Assembly (NCBI GenBank): GCA_963727625.1
Contig: CAVSHR010000004.1
Span: 32,001-96,000, forward strand
DNA length: 64,000 nucleotides
Direction of reading: 5' to 3'
Source: an uncultured delta proteobacterium
GTDB taxonomy: Bacteria; Desulfobacterota; Binatia; UBA9968
How positions within the stretch are numbered: the first letter of the stretch is position 1; the number at the start of each line of letters is the position of its first letter. The translations under genes were made by a program, and so were the position numbers. Shown here in pieces: positions 9,586-18,617 of the stretch. The notes beneath the pieces were generated by a model that did not search any database, was not told where the DNA came from, and was given only the letters and a program-made list of their open reading frames with translations.

Positions 9586-10134
9586 ATGGAAAGGCTTGCC
9601 GTCGATCAGTTGCCCCTGGTGGATTTGCACGGTAAGCCGGTCGAACTGAGCGAACATTTTGAAAAATATCTTCTGCTGATTTTTTTGCGGCATCTCGCTT
9701 GAATGCCTTGCCAGGCCCACCTCGGCGAGGTGCAATCTGCCAAAGGGGAATTCGACCGGCGCAACGTGGCGATCGTCATCGTGTCATTTGCCGAGCCAGC
9801 CAAGCTGATTCATTATCACAAACAGCACCGCTGGCCGTTCACCATTCTCGCCGATCCGAAGCGGATGGCTTATCGGGCCTTTACCCTCAAGCGCCTGTCA
9901 TGGCTCCGGGTATTTTCACCGGCGACGTTGAAACTTTATTGGACCTTGAGACGCAAAGGCATGAAGCAAGACGCCTACGCCGGCGACGACATTTATCAAG
10001 CTGGCGGTGATTTCCTCCTCGACCGCGAGGGAAATATCCTCTACGCCCATCGAAGCCAAGATCCAGCCGATCGGCCGGCGGTAAAAAGCTTGCTGCGGGA
10101 AATTGACAAGCTGGGGTCGCAGCCGGTGCCTTAA
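9586..10134 (+). CDS. Peroxiredoxin-like (AhpC/TSA, PRXL2/SelU-like) selenoprotein, UxxC
   Basis: ATG 9586 reads MERLAVDQLPLVDLHGKPVELSEHFEKYLLLIFLRHLA, then TGA (9700-9702), then MPCQAHL in frame with ORF 9703-10134. Has ADP...Y..F and Q.GG.F..D motifs, and a SECIS-like hairpin at 9718-9732. Confidence 0.85.
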
Positions 10135-10371
10135 CTGCGTCATGGATCCATCTGAAAAATCTTCAGCGATGCATGGAATCATGAAACAACGTGAAACCTA
10201 CTTTAGAGCGGGGTCAACTAACCCCACAGCGGTCTGCGCGTCGAGTAGGTAGGCGGCGTTCAAGACCCCACGGAGCTGCCCGTCGAGGCGTCGCGGCAAT
10301 CGATGATTGCAGCAATTCGACAGAACATGTTATTTATTGCATAACAAAAACTTAGGGGGAGGTGGGTAGTT

Positions 10372-10551
10372 ATGTCAAAGATAAACTTGCTAGTTGCTAT
10401 CGTGCTCTTGGGAGTGACTCTTGCAGCCTGCCAAAAAAAAGAGGGTCCCGGAGAGAAGGCGGGCAAAGAAATCGACAAAGCTGCTAAAGATGTCGGTGAA
10501 TCGGTGGAAAAGGCGGTGGATTCCGTTAAAGATGCGACCGAGTCGAAGTAA
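10372..10551 (+). CDS. Small lipoprotein (59 aa), not in the ORF track
   Basis: MSKINLLVAIVLLGVTLAA-CQKKEGPGEKAGKEIDKAAKDVGESVEKAVDSVKDATESK*; lipobox LAAC; GGAGG RBS. Confidence 0.85.
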   Translation: MSKINLLVAIVLLGVTLAACQKKEGPGEKAGKEIDKAAKDVGESVEKAVDSVKDATESK

Positions 10552-10624
10552 GGCCATTTTAACACTCTCGATCGTAGGACGATTTTAAAGGCTCGCCGGC
10601 AAACCAAACCCTCTTGAGGAACAT

Positions 10625-11593
10625 TTGACAAAACCAAAACTGACAATTGCAATTTCACACTACGACCGGCATGTGCCGTTCTTCGACGGTACCGTGGAGG
10701 CCGAGGGTATCGACTTGAATGTCTTGATCGTCGGCCAGTCGGACCGGCAGAGAGACGGCGAGGATCGCCACGAGCGCATGCTGCAGAAAGGCGATTTCGA
10801 CATCGCCGAGCTTTCGCTGTCGTCCTACCTGATGGCCAAGACTCGCGCCATGCCTTTCACAGCGATCCCGGTCTTTCCGCGCCGGCTGTTCAGCCATTCG
10901 CAGATGTGGGTCAACGTCGACGCAAACATCAACGAGCCCAAAGATCTCGTCGGCAAGAAAGTAGGGCTGCATAGCTTTCAAAATACTTTGGCGACGCTGG
11001 CGAAGGGAGACTTGCAAAGCGAGTTCGATGTGCCCTGGCGCAAGATTCATTGGCTGCTCAGCAAGAAAGACAATATCGAGTTCGAACCCGAGAAGGGCGT
11101 GACGATCGATCAGCTATCGGCGTCCGCGAACGTCGGTGAAATGTTGGATAAAGGCGAAATAAACGCAATGATGACGCCGCACCCGCCGAAGCCCGTGCTG
11201 CGCGGTTCGAAGAAAATCAAGCGCCTTTTCACCGATCCGAAAGCCGAAGATCTGCGCTACTACAAAAAGAACGGTTTCTTCCCCATCATGCACGTGGTCG
11301 CCTTCAAAGACGATGTCCTAAAAAAATACCCCGAAGCCGCCCAGAGTTTGTTTAACGCCTTCAGCGAAGCGAAGCGAATCTGCCGAGAGTTTTATGCCGA
11401 CCCCAATTGGTCGTGGCTTGCTTGGGGACGCCAGGCTTTCGAGGAAGAAGAAAAACTCCTCGGCCCCGACCCTTGGCCGTACGGGTTGGAAAACAATCGC
11501 GCGAACCTGGAGCGATTCGTCGGCTATTCTTTGGACCAACGGTTGATGGCGAAGAAGATGGCGGTGGAAGATTTATTTTTGCCGCTTAATTGA
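10625..11593 (+). CDS. 4,5-dihydroxyphthalate decarboxylase-like protein (type 2 periplasmic-binding fold, no signal peptide)
   Basis: YDR...DGTV, FDIAELSLSSYL, AIPVFPRRLF.HS, FPIMHVV and DPWPYG..NR motifs. Confidence 0.75.
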   Translation: MTKPKLTIAISHYDRHVPFFDGTVEAEGIDLNVLIVGQSDRQRDGEDRHERMLQKGDFDIAELSLSSYLMAKTRAMPFTAIPVFPRRLFSHSQMWVNVDANINEPKDLVGKKVGLHSFQNTLATLAKGDLQSEFDVPWRKIHWLLSKKDNIEFEPEKGVTIDQLSASANVGEMLDKGEINAMMTPHPPKPVLRGSKKIKRLFTDPKAEDLRYYKKNGFFPIMHVVAFKDDVLKKYPEAAQSLFNAFSEAKRICREFYADPNWSWLAWGRQAFEEEEKLLGPDPWPYGLENNRANLERFVGYSLDQRLMAKKMAVEDLFLPLN

Positions 11594-11604
11594 TGACGGA
11601 AGTA

Positions 11605-11650
11605 CGGATATTGGTGAGCGGCTTTGCCGGTCTTGACCCAATGGTTAGGA
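11605..11650 (-). mobile_element. Degenerate attC-like integron cassette site
   Basis: Minus strand reads TCCTAAC-CATTG-GGTCAAG...GCCGCTCACC just after the stop of 11670-12092. The final GTTRRRY is missing. Confidence 0.35.
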
Positions 11651-11669
11651 ACCCTACGGGGAATTGGAC

Positions 11670-12092
11670 TTATCCCCATTTGTCTTGCCAATCGCAAAGG
11701 GTCTTGAGCGCTCGTTCTTTGGTAGGGGTGACCGTGCTGACTGCTGCTCCGTAGCGGTCGACGTTGATGCGGAAGTCAGGCTTTTTGAGGGTGGCCCAAC
11801 TGTCGCGGATGATGTCGCGAAAGTCGGTGTTGGTTTCCGCCTTGCTGATCGTGAGCGAACGCTTCACCTGGAGACTAAGGCGAGCGGGGTTCTTTGCGGC
11901 GTCTTCAAAGTCGACGATTACGTCATCGAGCGGTTCGCCGAAGTCGCGCTGCTGAACGGAAACACGGACAACAGTTCGATCATCAATGCCGGGTGCATAT
12001 GCCTCGGCTAGCAGAGCTGCGAGATAGAACGCAGCCGCTTCGCCCTCGAAGGTAAAACCCTCGCCTCCGGCGAGTTCAGGTGATTGCGGCAT
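11670..12092 (-). pseudogene. Truncated N-terminal PD-(D/E)xK nuclease-like domain of a large STAND/NACHT-type defence ATPase
   Basis: GGEGFTFE...EPLDDVIV...LSLQVK motif. The ORF ends abruptly at 140 aa with no P-loop. Confidence 0.6.
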
Positions 12093-12195
12093 CGCTAGTC
12101 TGTAAAACTCGTGGATCAGTCATGAGTCGAGGAACCGAATTGGCGGCTGCAGACACTGGCTGCTTGGCATGGTCGTGTCTATGTTTCGTTTGCCT

Positions 12196-12215
12196 GCCCA
12201 ACTATTGATTATCCG
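12196..12215 (-). mobile_element. attI-like simple site (CGGATAA-N6-GTTGGGC)
   Basis: GTTRRRY core on the minus strand about 100 nt upstream of the truncated gene, within an AT-rich stretch. Confidence 0.35.
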
Positions 12216-12371
12216 AATTAGTATATCACCCCCTTCCAAGTATCAGCCTAGAGCCATATTGTCTTTCTTGATCAAGAAGCTGTCAATCAATTCTCGCGTG
12301 TCGGATTTTTTAATATACCTGGTCAGTAAATTTCCAATATAGTTGCAATACTCTCCCGATACGGCTGACAA

Positions 12372-14708
12372 TTACAGCTTGAAAACTCGGCATTTCGTTC
12401 CCCGGTGCGCGACCGACGCGCTGATGGCATCGTTGTCAATGTTCGGGATCAAGAGGTTTGTGTTTGCGCCGTCGGGACTGAACGGGGCGTGGCCGGAGAG
12501 TTGCAGCTCCTGACAAGATTGCCACCAACCGTATACCGTTGCGACCACATTTGGATGCAGGTTGTCGTTGAATTTAGCTTTGAGTTTTACTCTTCCACGC
12601 GTGGTTTCAAGGAATAGCCAATCGCCGTCCTTGATGCCTTGAGTGTGTGCTGTTTCAGTATGGATTTCGAGGAAAGGATCCGGGGCGCTGCGGCGCAGCC
12701 GGGAGATGTTGCGGTGCTGTTCGTCGCAGAATTGTATCAGGCGGAAGAAGGTGAGAGTGAGAGGATAGTCGTCTGATTCCACGGTGCTTTGTTGGAAGTC
12801 CGGCAGCGGCGCGTAACCTGTTTCCGCGAATGTTGTCGAATAGATTTCGATCTTGCCGGTCGGTGTATTGAAGCCTTGGGCTTGGCGGCTTTCGGGATCG
12901 ATGTCGGCGTACTTCCGGTAGCGAGAATTTGTCCTTGCGCGAATACCAATCGGGTTGGCGCGCAACTGTTCGGCTGTCAGTCCCGAAGGTGCTAGTTGAT
13001 AATCCAGCGCGGCGTCGATATCGCCGTCGAAAAAATTCGATCCTAAATCCAACCGTTTTGCCAAGTCGAATATAATCTCCGTATCAGGCCGGGATTCGCC
13101 GCGCGGCGTGATGACCGCGGGGCGGAGTTGGACCCAGTTCATCGTATCGTCGGCAATTTCAAAGAACGGCATCAAAGCTTCGCGCTCCCAACAGGTAGAA
13201 GCCGGCAGCAAGAGGTCGGCAAACATGGCGCTTGGGTTGATGGTCGTGTCCACGTGCAGGTAGAAATCCAGGGCTTCGAGAGCGGCTTTGCCGCGCAGCG
13301 GGTCGCCATGGCCGAGCAGGGGATCGGTGCCGAACAACACCAGCGCTTTCACCGGGTAGGGACGCTCGGTGAGAATGGCGTCGTAGACTTCCGCTGCTTG
13401 GACGAGTCCCGGATCGGATTGCGGACCAATCGGATGCTTCTCGGTGCCGAGACGTAATGGCACCATCGCTTTTGGCAAAAGCTCGCGACCGGTGATTGGA
13501 TCCATCTTCGGCGTGTCGAAAAGCACGTTACTACCGCGCTGGTCGAATTGTCCCGTAAGAGCATAAAAGCAACAGACCGCGCGGTTGGTTTGCGCCGCGT
13601 CGCGGTCTTGTTCGAGGCCGACCCAGGTGCAGTAGCAGGACGGTTTTTGGGTCGCGAACAAGCGAGCTGCCTTACGCACTTCTGCCGCGGCAACGGTGGT
13701 GATGCCTTCCGAGTGCTCCGGCGCGAATTCGAAGGCCGTTTCTTTTAATAATTGAAGCGCCGGGCGACATTCGATCGTCTCGCCGCCAACCAATCGAATG
13801 GTATATGACCCGAAGAGCGCTGGTGAAATTGGTTCGGCGCAATGGCTCGTGGCTGCCTTGCTTTGTTCATCCCAAACTATCCAGGTGTCTTTGCTACCGC
13901 TGGCTCGTAATTCGGATTCCGACAGCAATCGGCCGCTGTCGGTGCGAACTAAATACGGAGCATTGGTCCGTTGGCGCACGAATTCTGTATCGAAAAGATC
14001 CTCGTCGATGAGCACGTGGATCATCGCCATCGCCAGCTCGCCGTCGGTGCCGGGTTTGACCTGCAGCCAGCAATCAGCTTTTTCCGCCAGCGTCGTTTTG
14101 CGCGGATCGATGACGATCAGCTTGGCGCCGCGGCTTCTCGCCCGATTGATCCGTAGCGCTTGGGCCGGCGACGTGGCGGTCGGATTGATGCCCCAGAGCA
14201 ACATGCACTGAGTGTTGTCGAAGTCCGGCAGCGGCATCCCCGTGCCGTAGGTGTATTTGGAGCCGACGCGGCGGTTCCACGTACAAATGTGATTTGACGT
14301 CAAAAGATTCGGACTGCCGAAGGCGTTGGCCAAGCGCTGCAACCAGCCGTCGAAGTCGATGGCGGCGGTGCCGGCCGTAGTCGCGCGTGAAAAGACCACG
14401 GCCTGCGGGCCGTAATTGTTATTGATATCGCCCAGCCGGAGCGCGGCGAGATTTAGTGCTTGTTCCCAGGTAACGCGCACCCATCCGGGATCGGGATCAC
14501 CCTTGGGGCGCGTGCGAACCATCGGGTAAAGCAGACGATCGGGCGAATAGACGATTTCCGGAGCAGCAGTCCCTTTTACGCAAACGCATCCGTTGGGATG
14601 ATCGGGGTCCGCGTTGACGGCGACGAGCTTGCCATTATCAACCGTCGCCAAGACACCGCAGCGCGACGTGCACATGGCACAGTAGGCGTGAATTGTTTCA
14701 GTCGCGAT
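12372..14708 (-). CDS. Molybdopterin (bis-MGD) oxidoreductase with N-terminal [4Fe-4S], Cys-ligated
   Basis: CAMCTSRC...C cluster motif, which needs the reading frame extended above the track's ATG to ATC at 14708. Also SNHICTW ligand region, VIDPR, ADLLLPA and a C-terminal MopB_CT-like domain. Confidence 0.85.
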   Translation of the reverse strand: MATETIHAYCAMCTSRCGVLATVDNGKLVAVNADPDHPNGCVCVKGTAAPEIVYSPDRLLYPMVRTRPKGDPDPGWVRVTWEQALNLAALRLGDINNNYGPQAVVFSRATTAGTAAIDFDGWLQRLANAFGSPNLLTSNHICTWNRRVGSKYTYGTGMPLPDFDNTQCMLLWGINPTATSPAQALRINRARSRGAKLIVIDPRKTTLAEKADCWLQVKPGTDGELAMAMIHVLIDEDLFDTEFVRQRTNAPYLVRTDSGRLLSESELRASGSKDTWIVWDEQSKAATSHCAEPISPALFGSYTIRLVGGETIECRPALQLLKETAFEFAPEHSEGITTVAAAEVRKAARLFATQKPSCYCTWVGLEQDRDAAQTNRAVCCFYALTGQFDQRGSNVLFDTPKMDPITGRELLPKAMVPLRLGTEKHPIGPQSDPGLVQAAEVYDAILTERPYPVKALVLFGTDPLLGHGDPLRGKAALEALDFYLHVDTTINPSAMFADLLLPASTCWEREALMPFFEIADDTMNWVQLRPAVITPRGESRPDTEIIFDLAKRLDLGSNFFDGDIDAALDYQLAPSGLTAEQLRANPIGIRARTNSRYRKYADIDPESRQAQGFNTPTGKIEIYSTTFAETGYAPLPDFQQSTVESDDYPLTLTFFRLIQFCDEQHRNISRLRRSAPDPFLEIHTETAHTQGIKDGDWLFLETTRGRVKLKAKFNDNLHPNVVATVYGWWQSCQELQLSGHAPFSPDGANTNLLIPNIDNDAISASVAHRGTKCRVFKL

Positions 14709-14797
14709 AAACAGGAACTCCTGATTGGAGGGGAGAAAGACGATTCATCACGCCCGTGGAAAAGACTAAAGTATCTACGGTAAAGATCGCAAAAAGC

Positions 14798-15781
14798 TCA
14801 GCGAAACAGTTCACGAAATGTCTTGTTCACCTCCACGGCTTTTTGCCCGAGGTCGATGTCCGTCATCAGCAGTTTGTGCTGTTTGAGAATCTTACCGTAT
14901 TTCGAGTCGACGTCGTCGCGGATCGGCACCCGGCCGTATTGGTTGATCACTTCCTGGCCCTCCTTGGAGAGCAGCCATTCGATGAACAGTTTGGCCGAGT
15001 TGGGATGGTTTGGCTGCGACGGGAGAGAGACGGCGACGGTGTAGGTGATCACCGGTTCGAGGCCGAACCAGTCCACGGGCGCGCCCTTGGATTTCATGGC
15101 TGCAACGGAATATTCGTAAACCCCGGCGGCAATCGGAAACTCCCCGGCCGCGAGCAGTTGCAAAACCAGCGTATTGCCTTCCCGCAGCGTGGGGTTCAGC
15201 GCGGCAAGCTTTTCCATGTACGGACGGCCCTTGAGCTTGAGCAGCATGGCGAACCACTCGATCTTGTTGGCATCGATGGCGATGGAGTCTTTCCAGCGTG
15301 GATTCAACAGCTCGTCGTAGGTCTTTGGAACATCCGCCCTTTTGACTTGCCGCGAGTTGTAGCCCAAGAGTGTCCCGCTGGCGTAAGCCGAGGTCCAAAA
15401 ACCTTCGGGGTCTTTGTACTGCGCGGGAAACGAAGCTGACTCCATCGGCGTGTAAGGGCTCAGCGCACCGCGCTTCTTCAGAATATCGGTCTCGATGACG
15501 CTGGTGTGGATAACGTCGGCGATGTGCTGTTTGGCCCGTTCCTCGAACAAAATTTTGCTGACCAGCTTTTGCTTGCCGGTGCGGAAGAATTCCGTTTTGA
15601 TAAACGGGTAGCGCTTGTTGAAGACGGCAAAGTACATCTGCAACTGCGGCGCGGTGGCCGAGGCGTAGACGACCAGTTTGCCTTCCTTCTTGGCGCCGGC
15701 GATCAGTTGCTCTTGAGTCTGGGCGCCGGCCAGGGACGCGATAAAAAGCAGAGTCAATAGTCCGACAAACGTTGTTTTCAT
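14798..15781 (-). CDS. Extracellular solute-binding protein (Fe3+/polyamine-type cluster)
   Basis: Signal peptide; GAKKEGKLVVY, YNSRQV..P.TY.ELL.P.W and HPNSAKLFIEWLLS.EGQ motifs. Confidence 0.85.
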   Translation of the reverse strand: MKTTFVGLLTLLFIASLAGAQTQEQLIAGAKKEGKLVVYASATAPQLQMYFAVFNKRYPFIKTEFFRTGKQKLVSKILFEERAKQHIADVIHTSVIETDILKKRGALSPYTPMESASFPAQYKDPEGFWTSAYASGTLLGYNSRQVKRADVPKTYDELLNPRWKDSIAIDANKIEWFAMLLKLKGRPYMEKLAALNPTLREGNTLVLQLLAAGEFPIAAGVYEYSVAAMKSKGAPVDWFGLEPVITYTVAVSLPSQPNHPNSAKLFIEWLLSKEGQEVINQYGRVPIRDDVDSKYGKILKQHKLLMTDIDLGQKAVEVNKTFRELFR

Positions 15782-16011
15782 CCATCCTCCGTTAGCCGCC
15801 AAGTTAATGGAGTCGGCGTCTCCCTGTCAATGGTGTCACGCGCGCTCAATATTACTCACTGCATTCGAAGTGACGAATAAGGAACTTACCGACGGTCTTT
15901 CCGAGCAAAGCAACAAGGTCACGGGGCCCGACAGTGCAGAGTCCGAGGCGCATCGACAAAGCCGATTTTTTCCATTAGGATTAAGAAAAATTTGCGAGGT
16001 CCCAATAAGTC

Positions 16012-17634
16012 ATGGCTACGCCCGATTTCGTTTATCAAGATCCATTGCCGCTTGAAAAGGATACCACTGAATATCGGCTTCTGACCAAGGAATACGTGTC
16101 CGTCACCAAGTTCGACGGCAAGGAAATTTTAAAAGTCGAACCCGAAGCTTTGACCCTGCTCGCCAACGCGGCGCTACGCGATGTCTCGTTCTTGCTGCGC
16201 ACGGCGCATTTGGAAAAGGTCGCGGCGATTCTCAAGGATCCGCAAGCTTCGGACAACGACCGTTATGTCGCCCTGGCGATGCTGCGCAACGCGGATACGG
16301 CGGCCAAGGGCATCCTGCCGTTTTGCCAGGATACCGGCACGGCGATCATCCTCGGCAAAAAGGGCCAACAAGTTTGGACCGGCGTCAAGGACGAAAAGTA
16401 TATCGCCGAGGGAGTTTATAAAACCTACACGGAAGAAAACCTGCGCTACTCGCAGAGCGCGCCTCTCAACATGTACGATGAAGTTGATACCGGCACCAAT
16501 CTGCCGGCGCAGATCGAAATTATGGCCACGGACGGAATGGCCTATCAGTTTCTGTTCGTCACCAAGGGCGGCGGCTCGGCCAACAAAACGATGCTCTATC
16601 AAGAGACCAAAGCGCTGCTCAATCCGGCGAGTCTGGAAAAGTTTCTTACCGAAAAGATGAAGACTTTGGGCACGGCCGGTTGCCCGCCTTATCATTTGGC
16701 GTTTGTCATCGGTGGTACTTCGGCTGAGGCGTGCCTCAAGACCGTCAAACTGGCCAGCACCGGCTACTTGGATCACCTGCCGACGACGGGAAACGCGCAG
16801 GGGCGAGGGTTTCGCGATACCGATATGGAAAACCGAATGCTCGAACAAGCGTACAAGTCCGGCTACGGCGCGCAATTCGGTGGAAAATACTTCGCGTTGG
16901 ATGTGCGGGTGATTCGCCTGCCGCGTCACGGCGCTTCCTGTCCGGTGGGCATGGGTGTTTCCTGTTCAGCGGATCGCAACGCCAAAGCGAAGATCAACAA
17001 AGACGGTATCTGGCTGGAGGAGTTGGAGCGAAACCCTGGGCGCCTGATTCCGGAAGAATATCGCGGCAAAGTCGCCAGCAACGTGGTTAAAGTCGATATC
17101 AACCGGCCGATGAAGGAAATTCTCGCGCAGCTCAGTAAGTATCCGGTGACCACGCAGTTATCGCTGACCGGCACGATGGTCGTGGCGCGCGATATCGCTC
17201 ATGCGAAACTGAAAGAGCGTTTGGGTAGCGGTCAAGGTTTGCCCCAGTATGTGAAAGATCATCCGATTTATTACGCCGGTCCGGCCAAGACGCCGAAAGG
17301 AATGCCCTCCGGCTCCTTCGGACCGACCACGGCCGGGCGCATGGACTCATACGTCGATCTCTTTCAGTCGCATGGCGGCGCGCTGATCACGCTGGCCAAG
17401 GGCAACCGCAGCCAGCAGGTCACCGACGCCTGCAAAAAATACGGCGGCTTCTATCTCGGCTCCATCGGCGGCCCAGCGGCGATTCTCGCCAAGGAAAATA
17501 TAAAAAAAGTCGAAGTGCTCGAGTATCCCGAGCTCGGCATGGAAGCGATCTGGAAGATCGAGGTCGAAGATTTTCCGGCGTTTATCCTGGTCGACGACAA
17601 AGGCAACGATTTTTTCAAGCAGATCCTGCACTAA
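16012..17634 (+). CDS. fumA: Fumarate hydratase class I (FumA/FumB type)
   Basis: [30 protein letters not shown] and GPTTAGRMD motifs. Confidence 0.95.
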   Translation: MATPDFVYQDPLPLEKDTTEYRLLTKEYVSVTKFDGKEILKVEPEALTLLANAALRDVSFLLRTAHLEKVAAILKDPQASDNDRYVALAMLRNADTAAKGILPFCQDTGTAIILGKKGQQVWTGVKDEKYIAEGVYKTYTEENLRYSQSAPLNMYDEVDTGTNLPAQIEIMATDGMAYQFLFVTKGGGSANKTMLYQETKALLNPASLEKFLTEKMKTLGTAGCPPYHLAFVIGGTSAEACLKTVKLASTGYLDHLPTTGNAQGRGFRDTDMENRMLEQAYKSGYGAQFGGKYFALDVRVIRLPRHGASCPVGMGVSCSADRNAKAKINKDGIWLEELERNPGRLIPEEYRGKVASNVVKVDINRPMKEILAQLSKYPVTTQLSLTGTMVVARDIAHAKLKERLGSGQGLPQYVKDHPIYYAGPAKTPKGMPSGSFGPTTAGRMDSYVDLFQSHGGALITLAKGNRSQQVTDACKKYGGFYLGSIGGPAAILAKENIKKVEVLEYPELGMEAIWKIEVEDFPAFILVDDKGNDFFKQILH

Positions 17635-17640
17635 TGAAAT

Positions 17641-17671
17641 TGTCCCGCACCGGTTACTTCGGTGCGGGGAC
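17641..17671. terminator. Hairpin between convergent genes, probable terminator
   Basis: 12-bp perfect stem TGTCCCGCACCG/CGGTGCGGGACA. Confidence 0.7.
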
Positions 17672-17694
17672 AGGCAACTCGCTCGACGCCGACT

Positions 17695-18291
17695 TCAGGA
17701 GAAATCCTCCAATTCGAAGCGGTCTGAGCTCACCGAGCGTCCTTCGACACGAACATCGTCGCCTTCGCGCAGGCGATTGAAACGATCGATCACCGACCGC
17801 GGCGCATTGAAGGGGACCGCAACGACAACCAAGCGATTGCGCCGATCGCGAATCTCGAAGGTGCCGCGTCGTCGATCGATGTATTCGACTCTTCCCTCGA
17901 CGCGGTCAAGCCGTCCGACACCGCCTCTGCCGGTTCGATCCTGCACGCTTTCTCTGACGGTGATTGTGTCGGTGTAATTTCGGCCGTCGCGGCCCTGCTG
18001 AAATCGAGCCGCAATATAGTCGCCTCGTTCCAAATTGGCGACAGGGTAAGTGCGCTGGCGATAAACGACCTGGGTTCTGTCATCGTAGCGAACAACTGCG
18101 TTGCGTCCGGAATCCGTGCGGACGTCAATTTCCCGGGCTTGCGGATCAATATTCTCCACCTCACCGACAATATCGCCGGTGCCGATGCCGCCATAATCGC
18201 CAATGCCGTCTATGTGTCCCAGTTCGTGGCAGCCGGCGAAGGCCACCGCCGCCAGAAAGACGATCCCCAGCCAGCGTATTACTGATTTCAT
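17695..18291 (-). CDS. Lipoprotein with two repeated beta-rich (OB-like) domains
   Basis: Lipobox FAGC. Internal repeat GEVENID...LERGDYI / GRVEYID...LREGDDV. Confidence 0.7.
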   Translation of the reverse strand: MKSVIRWLGIVFLAAVAFAGCHELGHIDGIGDYGGIGTGDIVGEVENIDPQAREIDVRTDSGRNAVVRYDDRTQVVYRQRTYPVANLERGDYIAARFQQGRDGRNYTDTITVRESVQDRTGRGGVGRLDRVEGRVEYIDRRRGTFEIRDRRNRLVVVAVPFNAPRSVIDRFNRLREGDDVRVEGRSVSSDRFELEDFS

Positions 18292-18617
18292 CGTTTCCCT
18301 CCTCTGGCGGTGGAATTGTCTGCTCAGTTCCACGCCGTACGGATTGAAAAATTTAACGATTCATTTAAAGCATGAAATCTTTTGAGTCTGAGTAGTTTGC
18401 TCTTAAATTTAGACATAGCTTTAAATCTATCCGATTTCGACAAGACCGACTTATTTCCATTCGACGAACGGCGATCCATGAAGTTACCGCAGCCAAATTG
18501 CTGGGCACGAGTTTTTGCCGGGCGTTCGAAAACGTCAAAAGGGAAAACAGGAGGGACGACCGGGCTGGTCGTCCCTTGATAGATTGACAATTAAAATAAA
18601 CCGCCTGGAGTGGGCGG

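Noticed and set aside
9703-10134. 143-aa ORF starting MPCQ as a complete gene
   Set aside because: It has no RBS and starts inside the active-site motif, so it is better explained as the part after the Sec codon.
10260-10658. 132-aa minus-strand ORF
   Set aside because: Antisense shadow of the small lipoprotein, which has an RBS and a lipobox.
12372-14708. Acetylene hydratase or a Sec-containing formate dehydrogenase
   Set aside because: The catalytic Asp is absent, there is no in-frame TGA, and FDH motifs are missing.
14892-15785. 297-aa alternative-frame ORF (likewise 21915-23042, 29030-29893, 34350-35144, 37140-38090 and 46637-47575)
   Set aside because: These are frame or antisense shadows of well-supported genes, expected at high GC, and show no family motifs.
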